Assembly: GCA_030523485.1 (NCBI GenBank)
Contig: JAUNIJ010000001.1
Location: 4,156-51,418, forward strand
Direction: 5' to 3'
Source of the DNA: Bacteroidales bacterium
Lineage (GTDB): Bacteria > Bacteroidota > Bacteroidia > Bacteroidales > Paludibacteraceae
Length of the DNA: 47,263 bases
Made by a program: the position numbers and the translations under genes
The notes under the pieces: generated by a model
The model's input: only the letters and a program-made list of their open reading frames with translations
Told to the model about the DNA's origin: nothing
The model's database searches: none
Shown here: piece by piece, positions 37,839-47,177 of the stretch
Layout of the letters: each line of letters opens with the position of its first letter
Numbering within the stretch: position 1 is the first letter of the stretch

Positions 37839-38483
37839 ATGCTCATCGAACAATCAAATCAGCTACTGCGATGGCTTTGGGAAGGCATCTGGCGCATGTC
37901 GAAACACGAGCATAAAGTATACCTCACATTCGACGACGGGCCTAACCCTGAAACCACACAGACAGTGCTCGACACCCTCGCACGACATCACATACGTGCC
38001 ACCTTCTTTTGTGTTGGCGACAACGTCAGGAAATACCCCAAAGAATTTGCCAAACTGACTGCCAACCACCACATCGTTGGTAACCACACCATGCACCACC
38101 TCAAAGGATTCTCAACCAACACCGCCGATTATGTGGCAGACATCAACGAAGCCAACACATTTATACACAGCACACTATTTCGACCACCGCACGGACGAAT
38201 CACATGGAAACAAATGGCAGCATTGCGCAACGACTACACCATCGTATTTTGGGATGTCATAACACGCGACTACAACCGCAAACTGACACCCGCACGGGTA
38301 CTCAACATCGTGAAACGTTACACACGCAACGGCTCCATCATCGTCTTTCATGACTCTGTCAAAGCACAACCTAACCTTTTCGGCGCACTCGAACCCGCCA
38401 TCGTGTGGCTCAAACAACAAGGCTACACCTTTGGCACACTCGATGAACTCATCAACAACAAACCAACACCCACACAATCATGA
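37839..38483 (+). CDS. Polysaccharide deacetylase (NodB homology domain, CE4)
   Basis: VYLTFDDGPNPETTQTVLDTLARHHIRATFFCVGDNV, then HTMHH and LFRPPHG. The start is placed at the ATG at 37839 because the ORF-track start at 37785 lies inside the upstream terminator stem. Confidence 0.85.
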   Translation: MLIEQSNQLLRWLWEGIWRMSKHEHKVYLTFDDGPNPETTQTVLDTLARHHIRATFFCVGDNVRKYPKEFAKLTANHHIVGNHTMHHLKGFSTNTADYVADINEANTFIHSTLFRPPHGRITWKQMAALRNDYTIVFWDVITRDYNRKLTPARVLNIVKRYTRNGSIIVFHDSVKAQPNLFGALEPAIVWLKQQGYTFGTLDELINNKPTPTQS

Positions 38484-39631
38484 CCTATCAAAACTTTGAA
38501 GAAGCATGCCAACACACCCCATCGCCATGCTACCTTGTCAACGAAGCCGACCTTCGACACAACCTACAAATCATCGACCACGTACGCCGCGAAGCTGACG
38601 TGGAAATCATACTGGCATTCAAAGCATTTGCGCTGTGGAAACTCTTCCCGATATTCCGCGAATACGGCTTCAAATGCACCGCCAGCTCACTTAACGAAGC
38701 ACGATTGGCAAAAGAAGAGATGCACTGCTTAGCACACACCTACGCACCCATCTACACCGAACAAGACTTCCCCACCATAGCAGAATGCAGTAGCCACATC
38801 ACCTTCAACTCCATCACACACTTCCTACGACATCGCGACGAAGCACTACGCCGTGGTATCTCATGTGGACTACGCATCAACCCTGAGTTTTCTGATGTCG
38901 AAACCGAGCTCTACAACCCCTGCGCACCCGGATCGCGACTTGGCGTCACAGCCGACAAACTACAAGATGGACTTCCCGAAGGCATCGAAGGACTTCACTG
39001 TCACACACTATGCGAGTCAACCTCCTACGACCTCGAACGCACACTGACAGTCATCGAACAACGTTTCGCACCACAACTGCAACAAGTGAAATGGCTCAAC
39101 CTCGGCGGTGGACATCTTATGACACGCAAAGACTATGAACCAGAACACCTCATCGCTCTACTAAAAAATTTCAAACAACGCCATCCACACCTACAAATCA
39201 TACTCGAGCCAGGCAGTGCCTTTGCTTGGCGCACTGGCGTATTAATCAGCACCATCGAAGACATCGTTGAGAACCACGGCACACAAACCGCCATGCTCAA
39301 CGTTTCATTCGCCTGTCATATGCCCGACTGCCTTGAGATGCCGTACAAACCAGCAATCGTAGGAGCACACGACCCCAAAGAAAGTGAGCGGGGCTACCGC
39401 ATGGGTGGCAACAGTTGTCTGAGTGGCGACTACTACGGCGAGTGGTGCTTCGACGAACCGCTGAAAGTGGGGCAACGCATTGTGTTCGAAGACATGATAC
39501 ACTACACCACAGTAAAAACCACCACATTCAATGGCGTATCGCACCCTTCGATTGCCATTTATCACACAAATGGCGAAGTAGAGATGCTTCGTGAGTTTAG
39601 CTACGACGACTATCGCAATCGGATGGATTAA
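38480..39631 (+). CDS. nspC: Carboxynorspermidine/carboxyspermidine decarboxylase
   Basis: 383 aa. The N-terminus TPSPCYLVNEADLRHNLQII...ILAFKAF and GLHCHTLCES, LNLGGGH, EPGSAF resemble the NspC family. It overlaps the deacetylase stop by 4 nt. Confidence 0.8.
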   Translation: MTYQNFEEACQHTPSPCYLVNEADLRHNLQIIDHVRREADVEIILAFKAFALWKLFPIFREYGFKCTASSLNEARLAKEEMHCLAHTYAPIYTEQDFPTIAECSSHITFNSITHFLRHRDEALRRGISCGLRINPEFSDVETELYNPCAPGSRLGVTADKLQDGLPEGIEGLHCHTLCESTSYDLERTLTVIEQRFAPQLQQVKWLNLGGGHLMTRKDYEPEHLIALLKNFKQRHPHLQIILEPGSAFAWRTGVLISTIEDIVENHGTQTAMLNVSFACHMPDCLEMPYKPAIVGAHDPKESERGYRMGGNSCLSGDYYGEWCFDEPLKVGQRIVFEDMIHYTTVKTTTFNGVSHPSIAIYHTNGEVEMLREFSYDDYRNRMD

Positions 39632-39654
39632 CCGCCAACAGCACGATACCATCG

Positions 39655-39699
39655 ACACAAAAAAGCGCAAACCGTGATGACTACGATTTGCGCTTTTTC
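39655..39699. terminator. Bidirectional terminator at the convergent junction (nspC versus the DUF1653/hisS unit)
   Basis: The sequence is aaaaaa-agcgcaaa-(15 nt)-tttgcgct-ttttc. Confidence 0.75.
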
Positions 39700-39715
39700 G
39701 GTTGTTAAGCAGCGC

Positions 39716-39979
39716 TTAATACTCCACATAAGTCAGTGCCTCAACAGGCAGTCCGCTCTGCTCTACGCGAGTAAAACGAGGACCACAATAGCCATCTTTC
39801 TCTACCATTTCAAAAAACATGGCATACGGACGAACCCATAAAGCCCCCTCACCATACATCGCACGATAAATCACCATCGGTTCGAGCGATTCACTATGAG
39901 TAGCCACACCCACCAATTGGTAGTAGCGCCCCTTAAAATGGCGGTAAAAGCCCACCACATCATTGCATTTCGTATCCAT
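39716..39979 (-). CDS. DUF1653-domain small protein
   Basis: YRHFKGRYYQLVGVATHSESLEPMVIYRAMYGEGALWVRPYAMFFEMV matches the DUF1653 pattern as I remember it. The start is uncertain, either the ATG at 39979 or the one at 40024. The 162-aa ORF-track version overlaps hisS out of frame and is rejected. Confidence 0.7.
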   Translation of the reverse strand: MDTKCNDVVGFYRHFKGRYYQLVGVATHSESLEPMVIYRAMYGEGALWVRPYAMFFEMVEKDGYCGPRFTRVEQSGLPVEALTYVEY

Positions 39980-40067
39980 TATACATGTAATATAATTGTC
40001 ACTCCTCTTGTGATGAAGTGACATTTTTCTCCGACGCATCAACTGTCGGTCAATCTCTGCAAATAGG

Positions 40068-41420
40068 CTAGAAGCGGCTGAGCAGTTGTTCGAGCGTGAG
40101 TGCTTCTTGAGTGCCCGTCGACATTTCTTTGAGCATGACGGTGTTTGACAGCATCTCGTTGTCGCCAGCGATGGCAACGAAGCGCACATTGGTGGCGTTG
40201 GCATAGTTCATCTGTTTCTTCATCTTGGCAGGCTCAGGGTAGATTTCGGCAGCAATGCCTTTGCTACGTAGAGCACGAAGCCATGGGAGACAGTAGGCAA
40301 TGCCTGCAGCATCGAAGGCTGCGAACATAACGGCGACACCCTCAAGCGTTTCTGCCGGGAAGAGGTTCAACTGTTCGAGTACATCATAAATTCGATCGGC
40401 ACCAAAAGAGAAGCCTACGCCAGAGACACCTTCGAGACCGAAGATGCCTGTAAGGTTGTCGTAGCGTCCGCCTCCCGAGATGCTACCGATGGCAACATCG
40501 AGAGCTTTTACTTCAAGAATGGCGCCCGTATAATAGTTGAGTCCGCGCGCAAGAGTAAGGTCGATAGCAACAGAGTTATGGAGATTAGCAGTCTCTACAT
40601 AGCTCAACACTTCTTCAAGTTCCGCAATACCTTTCAAACCTATTTCCGACTCTGCCAAAACGGTTTTCAGCGTATTGAGTTTCTCATGATTATTGCCGGT
40701 AAGATTGAGAATCGGTTGTAGTTTGTCAATGGCTTCATCGCTGATACCTTTTGTTTTTAGTTCTGCCGTAACACCATCGAGCCCGATTTTTTCGAGTTTA
40801 TCAATGGCAACGGTAATATCGGTAATTTTGTCGGCTTCTCCGATGATTTCGGAAATGCCACTGAGAATCTTTCTATTGTTGAGCTTTATCTCTACACGAA
40901 TGCCGAAGCGTGTGAATGCGTCATCAATCATTTCGATGAGTTCTGCTTCATAAAGCAGTGAGTTGCTACCAACAACATCGGCATCGCATTGATAGAATTC
41001 GCGATAACGTCCCTTTTGTGGACGGTCGGCGCGCCAAACAGGTTGCATTTGGAAGCGTTTGAACGGGAAGGCTATTTCTTCGCGATGCATCACGACAAAA
41101 CGAGCGAATGGAACAGTGAGGTCGTAACGCAGTCCTTTCTCGCAAATTTTATTAGTGAGTTTGATACTGTTGCGTTCGAGTAACTGTTCGTCTGTTAGGT
41201 TGGCAGCGAAGTCGCCCGAATTGAGAATTTTAAAAAGCAACTTATCACCTTCTTCACCATACTTGCCCATCAACGTTGAGAGTTGTTCAATGGAAGGTGT
41301 CTCAATCTGTTTGAATCCGTAGCGGTGGAAGACATCACGTATAACATTGAAGATGTAGTTACGTTTTGCCATAACGGCAGGCGTGAAGTCGCGTGTTCCT
41401 TTTGCTATGTTTGGTTTCAT
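40068..41420 (-). CDS. hisS: Histidine--tRNA ligase
   Basis: 450 aa with class II motifs: [42 protein letters not shown] and GFSFGADRI. Confidence 0.95.
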   Translation of the reverse strand: MKPNIAKGTRDFTPAVMAKRNYIFNVIRDVFHRYGFKQIETPSIEQLSTLMGKYGEEGDKLLFKILNSGDFAANLTDEQLLERNSIKLTNKICEKGLRYDLTVPFARFVVMHREEIAFPFKRFQMQPVWRADRPQKGRYREFYQCDADVVGSNSLLYEAELIEMIDDAFTRFGIRVEIKLNNRKILSGISEIIGEADKITDITVAIDKLEKIGLDGVTAELKTKGISDEAIDKLQPILNLTGNNHEKLNTLKTVLAESEIGLKGIAELEEVLSYVETANLHNSVAIDLTLARGLNYYTGAILEVKALDVAIGSISGGGRYDNLTGIFGLEGVSGVGFSFGADRIYDVLEQLNLFPAETLEGVAVMFAAFDAAGIAYCLPWLRALRSKGIAAEIYPEPAKMKKQMNYANATNVRFVAIAGDNEMLSNTVMLKEMSTGTQEALTLEQLLSRF

Positions 41421-41450
41421 CGTATATAATCTTTTTAGGTGTTGAATCTA

Positions 41451-42674
41451 TCATATTGTGGTATTGAACACTTCTTTCATGATAACAGCAGTAGCTCCCC
41501 TTTTTGAGAGCACATATGCTTTGGCAACTTTGCCAGCATCTTTGTCGTAGAAGAGTTCATTGGTAAGGTTTTCGAAACGTCGGAATGTGGAAATGGTATA
41601 ACCATCGCCTTTTGTCAAAAGATCTTTGGCTTCTTGGAATTTCTGGTAGTTAGGTCCAAAGATGACGGGCATACCCCAAACTGCAGCTTCTAAGATATTG
41701 TGTATGCCAACGCCAAATCCTCCTCCGATATAAGCAATGCGTCCGTACTGATAGATTGACGACAGCAAACCGATGGTGTCGACAATGAGACAGTCGGCAT
41801 GTACCACCTCGTCGTAGGTTGTTTTAGTGTAGAGTGCAAAACTGCGTCGTAGGCCATTACAAATTTGTTGTATACGCTCGTCGTTGATTTCGTGTGGCAC
41901 GATAATCATCTTTTTTTCTTTATTAGCATTGATATAGCGTATCAAAATCTCCTCGTCTTTGGGCCATGTAGAGCCTGCCACGACTACTTCAGCATCTTGT
42001 GCAAAAGCCTCAATGATAGGCAACTGTTTAGCCGACTCAGCAATGTCGCAAACACGGTCGAAACGTGTGTCGCCAGACAATATGCTTTCAACGCCTATGG
42101 TGCTGAGAAGTTGTTGCGACTGTTCGTTTTGAACAAAAATCTTGGTGTAACATTTCAGCATCTTGCGAAACATACCACCATAGATTTTTTTGAAGAATGG
42201 TTGGTCGTTACGAAAGATGGCAGAGACGAGATAGGTGTCGATATTATTTTTATGAAGCGTCTCGAGAATATTGCCCCAGAATTCATATTTAATAAAGATA
42301 GCTTTCTTGGGTTTGAGTAACTCCACAAATCGCCGTGCATTGTTAGGTGTGTCGAGTGGCAGATAGCAAACAAGGTCGGCTCCTTTGTAGTCGCAACGCA
42401 CCTCATAGCCCGATGGCGAGAAGAATGTAAGCGCAATCTTATAGTCAGGGAAATGTTGTTTAATAGCCTCGATGATAGGCCTTCCTTGTTCAAACTCGCC
42501 TAACGAGGCGGCATGGAACCAGATATATTCGGCTTTTGGCATTCGTTTTTGCTCCAACACATGGAATGCGTTGCGTGCACCTTTAGCTCGTTTGCTTGCT
42601 TTGGGCGAGAAGAGCGTGGCGATGTTGATAGCAGCGCCATAGAGATGAATGCCTATGTTATATAATGGATTCAA
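41451..42674 (-). CDS. waaA: 3-deoxy-D-manno-octulosonic acid (Kdo) transferase
   Basis: IWFHAASLGEFEQGRPIIEAIKQHFPDYKIALTFFSPSGYE and GGGFGVGIHNILEAAVWGMPVIFGPNYQKFQEA. Confidence 0.9.
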   Translation of the reverse strand: MNPLYNIGIHLYGAAINIATLFSPKASKRAKGARNAFHVLEQKRMPKAEYIWFHAASLGEFEQGRPIIEAIKQHFPDYKIALTFFSPSGYEVRCDYKGADLVCYLPLDTPNNARRFVELLKPKKAIFIKYEFWGNILETLHKNNIDTYLVSAIFRNDQPFFKKIYGGMFRKMLKCYTKIFVQNEQSQQLLSTIGVESILSGDTRFDRVCDIAESAKQLPIIEAFAQDAEVVVAGSTWPKDEEILIRYINANKEKKMIIVPHEINDERIQQICNGLRRSFALYTKTTYDEVVHADCLIVDTIGLLSSIYQYGRIAYIGGGFGVGIHNILEAAVWGMPVIFGPNYQKFQEAKDLLTKGDGYTISTFRRFENLTNELFYDKDAGKVAKAYVLSKRGATAVIMKEVFNTTI

Positions 42675-42731
42675 AATTATCGTTGTTTTGTAGTTGTTCG
42701 TTATCAGTAAAGATGTGTATATCTCTGATTG

Positions 42732-43493
42732 TTATCCTAATTTGAGGTTTGAGCGTCCTTCACGTCCAAAACTTCGGTAGGTATCGTACGGAATGTCTAT
42801 CTCTGGTTCAACCAACACTGTGTTGCTCGGTAGACGAAAAGCAAGATATTTAATATCGATGCCTCTTGCTAACCATTGTTGTTCGTAGTAAGTTTTGAGG
42901 TCGAGTGGCGATTGTGTACCATAAGGCGATGCATAAAGGTTGTCGGTATTAACCAACACCTCTAATTGGTTTAGTTTCACCAATGCATCAGTATAAGTAT
43001 ACAGGAAATTGCTGTCGGTTTTAAGGTGTATGACACCCATTTCTTTCATCACCTGCCGATAAGTGTTGAGGAAAAGAGTAGATGTGAGACGTTTTCTACA
43101 TTTTTTCATTTGTGGATCAGGGAAAGTGATCCATATCTCATCAATTTCGCCCTCATCAAAGAAATGTGGCAAATGGTGTATGTCGGTTCTAACAAAAGCT
43201 ACATTACTGAGGTTATTTTCTATGCTTTGTTTTGCACCGGTCCACATACGTGAGCCTTTGATGTCGACGCCAATGTAGTTCTTCTCGCTATTTCTGAGTG
43301 CTTGTCCGACAGTATATTCGCCTTTGCCACAGCCAAGCTCTAAGACAATTGGATTGTTGTTGTGGAAAAAATTGGAATGCCATTTACCTTTTAATGGGAA
43401 TAATGCACCGTCCAACACCTCTTTCGTAGTTGTTTGGAAGACATGGGAGAAACTTTCCATGTCGGCAAATTTCTTGAGTTTATTTTTTCCCAT
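42732..43493 (-). CDS. trmB: tRNA (guanine46-N7)-methyltransferase
   Basis: SAM-binding LELGCGKGEYTV, then IGVDIKGSRMW, FPDPQMKK and HLKTDS. Confidence 0.88.
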   Translation of the reverse strand: MGKNKLKKFADMESFSHVFQTTTKEVLDGALFPLKGKWHSNFFHNNNPIVLELGCGKGEYTVGQALRNSEKNYIGVDIKGSRMWTGAKQSIENNLSNVAFVRTDIHHLPHFFDEGEIDEIWITFPDPQMKKCRKRLTSTLFLNTYRQVMKEMGVIHLKTDSNFLYTYTDALVKLNQLEVLVNTDNLYASPYGTQSPLDLKTYYEQQWLARGIDIKYLAFRLPSNTVLVEPEIDIPYDTYRSFGREGRSNLKLG

Positions 43494-43497
43494 AGGT

Positions 43498-43956
43498 TTA
43501 CTTTTTCATCAATTGAACGCCTATCTGTGTCAACCCATCGAGTTTTGTATGTCGCATAAGATGTTTGACGCGATACTCGTAGACACCAGTTTGCGCATAT
43601 TGCATTGAGTCTTGATAGAGAATGAGGTTGTTGTAGTGCGAACCAATGCCCCGTCCGCGCCAACGTCCAAATTCATCAGCGAGAAAAATATTGAGTGTGT
43701 CAATATGTAGTGAGTCATTTGGATTTACGCATTCCACTTGCAACCATAGATTTTGATCGGGGAAATCGTTGGTGTTGCGCAACACAATGTCTAATTCGTA
43801 GAGCGTTGTGGTGTCGTCGACATTGATGCTGAATGTGTGCACACTGTCTTTATGCCAACCATCCTCGATATTATCGACTACGCTATAAGGCACTCGTTGT
43901 GAACACGAGATGAGAGCAACAGCTAACACAACGATTATGAACAACAGTTTTTTCAT
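43498..43956 (-). CDS. gldH: GldH-family lipoprotein (gliding motility / T9SS-associated)
   Basis: Starting at the ATG at 43956 gives MKKLLFIIVVLAVALISCSQ, which contains a lipobox. The family-like pattern is W.KDSVHTF...YELDIVLRNTNDFPDQNLWL...LADEFGRWRGRGIGS...GVYEYRVKHLMR...L.G...IGVQL. It follows a PSP1 gene. Confidence 0.7.
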   Translation of the reverse strand: MKKLLFIIVVLAVALISCSQRVPYSVVDNIEDGWHKDSVHTFSINVDDTTTLYELDIVLRNTNDFPDQNLWLQVECVNPNDSLHIDTLNIFLADEFGRWRGRGIGSHYNNLILYQDSMQYAQTGVYEYRVKHLMRHTKLDGLTQIGVQLMKK

Positions 43957-43972
43957 GATGATATTTTTGCTA

Positions 43973-45439
43973 TTATGCATTGTTAGAACGATTGTCTTTT
44001 GGTGGTCTGTTACTACGACGGTTTTGATGTCTTCGATTGTTGTCGCGATGACGATGTTGTTGATTATTATTGAATTCCTGCGATTGTTGTTGGTTCAATT
44101 GCTCCATTTCTTGTGGTTGGAATTCTTGTTGTTCTTGATTGAACAGGCGTGGGCGATGATTACGTTGTTGATTGCGGTTGTTTTGTTGTTGATGGTCACG
44201 TCGTTCTTCGTTTTGCAAAACAGCGTTATTAGTATCTTGTGTTTCCTCTACGTTTCTATTGTTATCGGCAGCAAATTCTCTATTGTCTTGTTGTTGGTTG
44301 TTGAACGAGCGATTTTGACTATTATTGTTGTTATTATTACGATTACGACGTTTATTTTTCTGACGTTTTTCCTGATCGAATCGTGTCAAGCTATCTTGTC
44401 CTACTACGTTTTCGTAATCCATTGTTATTTGTTCCTCTGTGTTGCTTCTATCGGTCAGACTTTCTACCTTAATACCTTGATTATTGAGTGCTATGATTTC
44501 TTTCACACGGTCGACAGAAATGGTAATTAGGTTAGAGGTCATGCCAGGTGCCGAGGTATAAGTCATCATACGTTTAAACACATCGGTTTTGAAATGGTAG
44601 AAATCGGATTCTTTAGTTTGAAGCACGATGCGTTCATCCGGAATGTCTTGCTTTGCTTCAGTGTAGGCAGCCAGTTCGTAATTAATACAACATTTTATTT
44701 TTGCGCACTGTCCTGCCAATTTCAACGGATTGGTTGATATGTCTTGGGTGCGTGCTGCTGCTGTCGACACCGACACGAAACTACTCATCCATGTCGTGCA
44801 ACAAAGTTCACGTCCACATGGACCAATACCGCCAATGCGTCCAGCTTCTTGACGAGCACCTATTTGTTTCATTTCGATGCGCACTTTAAACACGTCTGCC
44901 AACACTTTGATGAGTTGTCGGAAATCGACACGACCATCGGCAATATAGTAGAATATGGCTTTGTTACCATCGCCTTGATACTCTACATCACCAATTTTCA
45001 TATTAAGATTCAAATCAGCAGCAATCTTACGTGCCTTTATCATGGTGTCGTGTTCCTTAGCCTTACTCTCCTCGTATTTCTCGAGGTCGACAGGCTTTGC
45101 TTTACGATAAACACGTTTCACCTCGTAGCGTTCGAGGTTGATATTTAGTTTTTTGATTTGCGATAGCACAAGACGTCCAATGAGCGTAACACGTCCGATG
45201 TCATGTCCTGGACTTGACTCTACAGCAACAATGTCACCTTTTTCAAGTGGCAGTTTCGCACTGTTGAGGTAATAGCCTTTACGGGTGTTTTTAAATTGTA
45301 CTTCTACCAAATCGGTTTCCAAACGAGTCTCGGGAATATCGGCAAGCCAATCGGTAACAGGTAATTGTTGCAATGTGTTTTGCCGTGTACCATCGACACC
45401 AGGATTACTTTGGCAGTTATTGAGAGTGAAATCTTTCAT
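43973..45439 (-). CDS. PSP1 C-terminal domain protein (YaaT/RicT-like) with a long N/Q/R-rich low-complexity C-terminal tail
   Basis: The PSP1 core is GGIGPCGRELCCTTWMSSFVSVSTAAARTQDISTNPLKLAGQCAKIKCCINYE. The tail (aa 355-488) runs KRQKNKRRNRNNNNNNSQNR...QHRHRDNNRRHQNRRSNRPPKDNRSNNA. Confidence 0.85.
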   Translation of the reverse strand: MKDFTLNNCQSNPGVDGTRQNTLQQLPVTDWLADIPETRLETDLVEVQFKNTRKGYYLNSAKLPLEKGDIVAVESSPGHDIGRVTLIGRLVLSQIKKLNINLERYEVKRVYRKAKPVDLEKYEESKAKEHDTMIKARKIAADLNLNMKIGDVEYQGDGNKAIFYYIADGRVDFRQLIKVLADVFKVRIEMKQIGARQEAGRIGGIGPCGRELCCTTWMSSFVSVSTAAARTQDISTNPLKLAGQCAKIKCCINYELAAYTEAKQDIPDERIVLQTKESDFYHFKTDVFKRMMTYTSAPGMTSNLITISVDRVKEIIALNNQGIKVESLTDRSNTEEQITMDYENVVGQDSLTRFDQEKRQKNKRRNRNNNNNNSQNRSFNNQQQDNREFAADNNRNVEETQDTNNAVLQNEERRDHQQQNNRNQQRNHRPRLFNQEQQEFQPQEMEQLNQQQSQEFNNNQQHRHRDNNRRHQNRRSNRPPKDNRSNNA

Positions 45440-45449
45440 TGTTCTTTAC

Positions 45450-46583
45450 TTATTCTTTAATTGCAAGCAAGCTATATAATTTCAGAATCATATCGAAGAG
45501 CACAATTTTCATATTGGCGTTTTGTTCAATTTGTGCTTGTGCTAATGCGAGTTCATTCATGATTTTTTCTATGTTATTTGCGTGTATAAATTGTGCGAAG
45601 CGTGTGGCAAACTGAGTCTCAGCTTCGTTCATGTAGACAATTGGGTTGAGTTGTAGATGAAAGACGAAATTTTCACGTATGAGCCGCTGCGACTTCTGCA
45701 AGAAAGTAACGACCCACGTACGTTTTCTTCCCCCTACTTGTTCCGACCAGTTCTTTACTTCTAAGATGAGCGGACGATAAGCATGACGCATCATAGATTG
45801 AAACTCATTGAAATACTCCATTTCGTCCTCATTTTCCTCCATACTATTGAGCAAAGCATTCCAATTGCCATGTGCATTTCTTACAAAGAATGTGCGTTGC
45901 GCCTCATCTAACTCTGGATGTTGTTGTGCTAATGTTGTCAACATGTCTTCGTCGGCAATTGGTGGCACGGCAACATCTTGCACACGACTTCTAATTGTGC
46001 CAATAATCTTTTGCGGAAAGTCAGACACCAACAAGAACACCGTATTTGACGGTGGTTCTTCCAACACTTTCAACAAATGATTAGATGCTGTTTCATCCAT
46101 TCGTTCTGGACACCATAGCACCATCACTTTATAGGGGGCATCGTAGCTTTTTAAGTTTACTTGACGAATAATTTCGTCGCCTTCCTTATCGTAATAGCGT
46201 GCTACTTTGCCATCAGAAATCATTGCAGACCATTGGTCGATGCTGATATATGGATTTTCCAACACAGCACTTGCAAAATCTTCGGCCATCTCACTGCAAA
46301 GCGGTGCTTCTTTTGCTTTCTCTGGTTTCACAAGTGGAAATAGGAGGTGAAGGTCAGGATGCGACAACTTGGCAAATTGCCGACATGAGGCACATTGGCC
46401 ACATGCATCATCAGACGTAGGATGTTGACAACACAAACGCTGAGCATAAGCCAACGCCAATGGCAACTTACCAACGCCCTGATTGCCACTGAACAACAAG
46501 GCATGAGGAGCGCGACCACTGTCTTGCATACGTATCAAACGTTGCTTAAGTGTTGAATGTCCTATCACTTCTGAAAAAAGCAT
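45450..46583 (-). CDS. holB: DNA polymerase III delta-prime subunit (clamp-loader AAA+)
   Basis: HALLFSGNQGVGKLPLALAYAQRLCC, the zinc module CGQCASCRQFAKLSHPDLHLLFP, then LLKVLEEPP and GTIRSR. Confidence 0.88.
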   Translation of the reverse strand: MLFSEVIGHSTLKQRLIRMQDSGRAPHALLFSGNQGVGKLPLALAYAQRLCCQHPTSDDACGQCASCRQFAKLSHPDLHLLFPLVKPEKAKEAPLCSEMAEDFASAVLENPYISIDQWSAMISDGKVARYYDKEGDEIIRQVNLKSYDAPYKVMVLWCPERMDETASNHLLKVLEEPPSNTVFLLVSDFPQKIIGTIRSRVQDVAVPPIADEDMLTTLAQQHPELDEAQRTFFVRNAHGNWNALLNSMEENEDEMEYFNEFQSMMRHAYRPLILEVKNWSEQVGGRKRTWVVTFLQKSQRLIRENFVFHLQLNPIVYMNEAETQFATRFAQFIHANNIEKIMNELALAQAQIEQNANMKIVLFDMILKLYSLLAIKE

Positions 46584-46617
46584 AATAACCGAAATGTCTA
46601 CAAAAATATATTGACGG

Positions 46618-46625
46618 CAAAGATA
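46618..46625 (-). promoter_or_regulatory. Candidate -7 box (TAtcTTTG) for the holB-PSP1-gldH... unit
   Basis: Plus-strand caaagata, 35 nt upstream of the holB ATG. Confidence 0.55.
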
Positions 46626-46788
46626 ACATTTTTTTTTAAATTCTCAGTTCAGCAAACTTCTTATTCCACAACAAATTGTTATAGCGAAAAAAGAAATGAA
46701 AGCTCCTTACTATAAATTGCTGTGGAGAGAAATAAAACGATTGGTGACGACACGAAATGTCTATCATTAAATAACCAAACACGAACTA

Positions 46789-46833
46789 GCAAAACAAAAA
46801 TTAAGCCCCCAGTCGCAAAGAACGACCGAGGGC
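46789..46833 (-). terminator. Rho-independent terminator downstream of the 46862 ORF
   Basis: The minus-strand RNA reads GCCCUCGGUCG-uucuuug-CGACUGGGGGC, an 11-bp stem including 2 G-U pairs, followed by UUAAUUUUUGUUUU. Confidence 0.7.
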
Positions 46834-46861
46834 AACATTTAGTTAGTACAAAACTACTTAA

Positions 46862-47080
46862 CTATTTTTTTGGCATGGTAATACCAAGCACCGAGGCGAG
46901 TACTTGACGTAGCATTTGCTCTTGATCTAGTTCGCGCAATAGATTGATATAGCCACCGATTTCTGTGATGTTCTTTGGCGCAGGAATGCGTGGTTGAACA
47001 GAGGTTGTTTGTGTAGCATTATTCTCAAGCAACAGATTCTTCAACTTTGTTGTTTCTTCCGATACTTCACCCTCTACCAA
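46862..47080 (-). CDS. Hypothetical small protein with no ATG start (TTG at 47080; frame open up to 47113)
   Basis: The ORF reads (L/M)VEGEVSEETTKLKNLLLENNATQ...LRELDQEQMLRQVLASVLGITMPKK. A good terminator follows it. There is no in-frame ATG and I recognise no family. Confidence 0.35.
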   Translation of the reverse strand: MVEGEVSEETTKLKNLLLENNATQTTSVQPRIPAPKNITEIGGYINLLRELDQEQMLRQVLASVLGITMPKK

Positions 47081-47177
47081 TCGTTTTGCAATATCTATGA
47101 ATTCATTATTTTCTCATTCCATAATATATTCGTTTTATGAGGTTTAACATTAGTTTGATTTTTTGTGCTATAAGCGA

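Noticed and set aside
39980-40204. N-terminal extension of the 162-aa ORF upstream of the DUF1653 domain
   Set aside because: It overlaps the 3' end of hisS out of frame and is Cys/Arg/Ser rich. The DUF1653 core starts at an internal ATG (39979 or 40024).
43910-44530. 206-aa hydrophobic plus-strand ORF (LLLIIIEFL...)
   Set aside because: It is the antisense reading of the N/Q/R low-complexity codons of the PSP1 tail, where AAC/CAA/CGN repeats read backwards give L/V/I. It is an artefact of repeat composition.
46722-46907. 61-aa plus-strand ORF
   Set aside because: It runs through the minus-strand terminator hairpin and into the 46862 ORF. No promoter box precedes it.
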